64,000 nt of DNA. It comes from Tubulanus polymorphus. Its lineage: Eukaryota > Animalia > Nemertea. The stretch spans positions 12,308,485 through 12,372,484 of the forward strand of contig NC_134027.1 in NCBI RefSeq assembly GCF_964204645.1, in the 5' to 3' direction. The notes under the pieces were generated by a model, which saw nothing but the letters and a program-made list of their open reading frames with translations, ran no database searches and was not told where the DNA came from. The position numbers and the translations under genes are program-made. Position 1 is the first letter of the stretch. The number at the start of each line of letters is the position of its first letter. Below, piece after piece: positions 62,235 through 64,000 of this stretch.

Positions 62235-63572
62235 GTAAAATCACTTACTTTCATTTAAGATTTGTCGTAAGCCCTCTTAAAGCAAGGCTGAGACCCTAAA
62301 AGACTATCGTGTTGACTTTTCATTCATCCATTTGTCTGTAGATGAGAGTCAAGTTATTTTGGGAAGTTTAAGAATGCTTTGATGGATTGTCCTGACTTCA
62401 GATTATATGTATAGGCCTATGTATCTACCCTAGACACATCAGCAGCTGAATTGGCCCATTCAAAATCAAGATGGCTGACTGATGGCCATTGCTGTTCGCC
62501 ATGTTTTCAAGGGAAATTTTAAAAGCACATTTATCAATTATCATTGATATTACTTATTATCATTAAGAAAAATAATGAAATTTGAGATTGAAAGCAAATT
62601 TGTAATTTGAAAATGAGATGGTCATTTTGTGGCCTCTTTGGATCAAGATAGGTATGAATTCGTAGGCTTATGTATGTGTCTTCTTCAAAATGCGCCATAT
62701 AATAGTGAAATTTCGGATGGGGAAAGATCTTTATCATATCAGACAGGTTTTCTGAGCAGTTGCTTCTTTTGCAATTGGCTGCTACTCAATTAGCATGTTA
62801 GTTTCATTAATTTTCATTGATTGATGGTTCAGGGGAAAATACCAACAAGTATTAAGTATTTACTATACTAATGATATTCATTAATTGTTCATCATACTGG
62901 GGTTACCCTATGTATTGTTCTCGCTGTTAAATACGTTTATCTTTTTGGTATCTGTGCATATTTAGGACCCTGTGCCTCCAGCTATCCCATGGAATGCTCA
63001 TGGATAGCGCACAGCGATAGAACAATTCAAACAAACTTTTGTTTTCAATTAGTTTTCATCTGGATTTTCAGCCTCCCAAATGAGGAATCTGGCAAATCAC
63101 GTCTCTTGAAAAAACTTGTCTTAGATTGTTCTTTAGGGTTCATGTTATAGCAAGATCTTAATTATTCATCATTCATTGAATTTGAGAAATAATGAGTGAT
63201 CTCGATGGAATTTGAGAAGTATCCGGCATAATTGTCTGAATGCACATTGTTGCTACATGGTCGATCCTGGCCTGCAACAGGGCTGAATCGCTTGATTGCC
63301 ACAGTCGACTGTGAAGTCCTCACTATTACACAATTATAGATCCTGGCTGACATGTTCTATGATGTTTTGATGTGATTGGTTTCTGTTTATGTTCAACAGG
63401 GGGTGTTGAACGTTGTCATAATATAATTCATGTAGGCCTACTTCCATTAAGTTTTTTTATCCACAGTCAATTGCAATGTTGCTGTGTTATGTTCTATGAT
63501 TGTGTGGAGTTTCAACATCATTTGCAGCCAGGGGCCAGTTGCACAGTCGTGACTTGAGTCCAAAAGTGGTCT

Positions 63573-63800
63573 TAAGGCTGGCTTATGTCGACAAGCAACG
63601 CGACGCCTACCGATGCAACTGGGTTTATCGCCGATTAGCGGCCTACAAGAGGCCGCCAGTTGTTGCTCTATCGGTTCGACATAAGCCGGCAAACCGACGC
63701 CTACCGACTCGTCGCAAGCCGTATCTGGCTAGTTGCCGATGTTCTACTCCGGCCTACGGTAGGCGGACAGTTGCTTTCAATCGCAACCGACATAAGCTCA
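63573..63800. mobile_element. GC-rich MITE-like element with GCTTATGTCG / CGACATAAGC inverted motifs
   Basis: Inverted motifs and repeated gcctac(c)g units, interrupting a degenerate HINE tandem unit. Confidence 0.4.
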
Positions 63801-64000
63801 TCTACGACGCGATGGAACTGAGCGCAGGAGTTACAGCCAATAAGAGACCGCATATACATAGTACAAATTATGACCGCTAGTTAGCATCATTGATAATTAG
63901 TTATAAACTTTCAAATTCAAGTAGTTCAAAACGTAAACCAAACCTTCAGCATGTCAGATGACTGGACCGAAGATCTAGAAACGAAATTAGTAGAATTATG

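Overview
AT-rich, intron-containing eukaryotic DNA from an invertebrate animal. A marine lophotrochozoan is inferred from the repeat families but cannot be proven here. Four host genes can be assembled from splice signals and translation: (1) the last two exons of a gamma-glutamylcyclotransferase (GGCT, +); (2) a four-coding-exon methionine sulfoxide reductase A on the minus strand, whose catalytic Cys codon is an in-frame TGA and whose 3'UTR holds a well-formed SECIS, i.e. a selenoprotein MsrA that the ORF track misses; (3) an uninterrupted GFOD1/2-like oxidoreductase CDS (-); and (4), head-to-head with it, ten 5' exons of GRIPAP1 (+). Much of the remainder is transposon-derived. A 15-kb nest is built on a head-to-tail dimer of a non-autonomous Helentron-like element (HINE). 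It contains further HINEs, IS3EU-like MITEs and a Penelope-like retroelement (RT + GIY-YIG, minimal hammerhead ribozyme) whose insertion also carries an inverted 1.18-kb copy of neighbouring DNA. A two-gene PIF/Harbinger element sits in GRIPAP1 intron 1. Three CACAGGGG foldback elements with 8-bp target duplications lie near inferred gene starts, and there are many smaller MITEs. All calls come from reading by eye; no searches or folding programs were run, and element boundaries may be off by a few bases.
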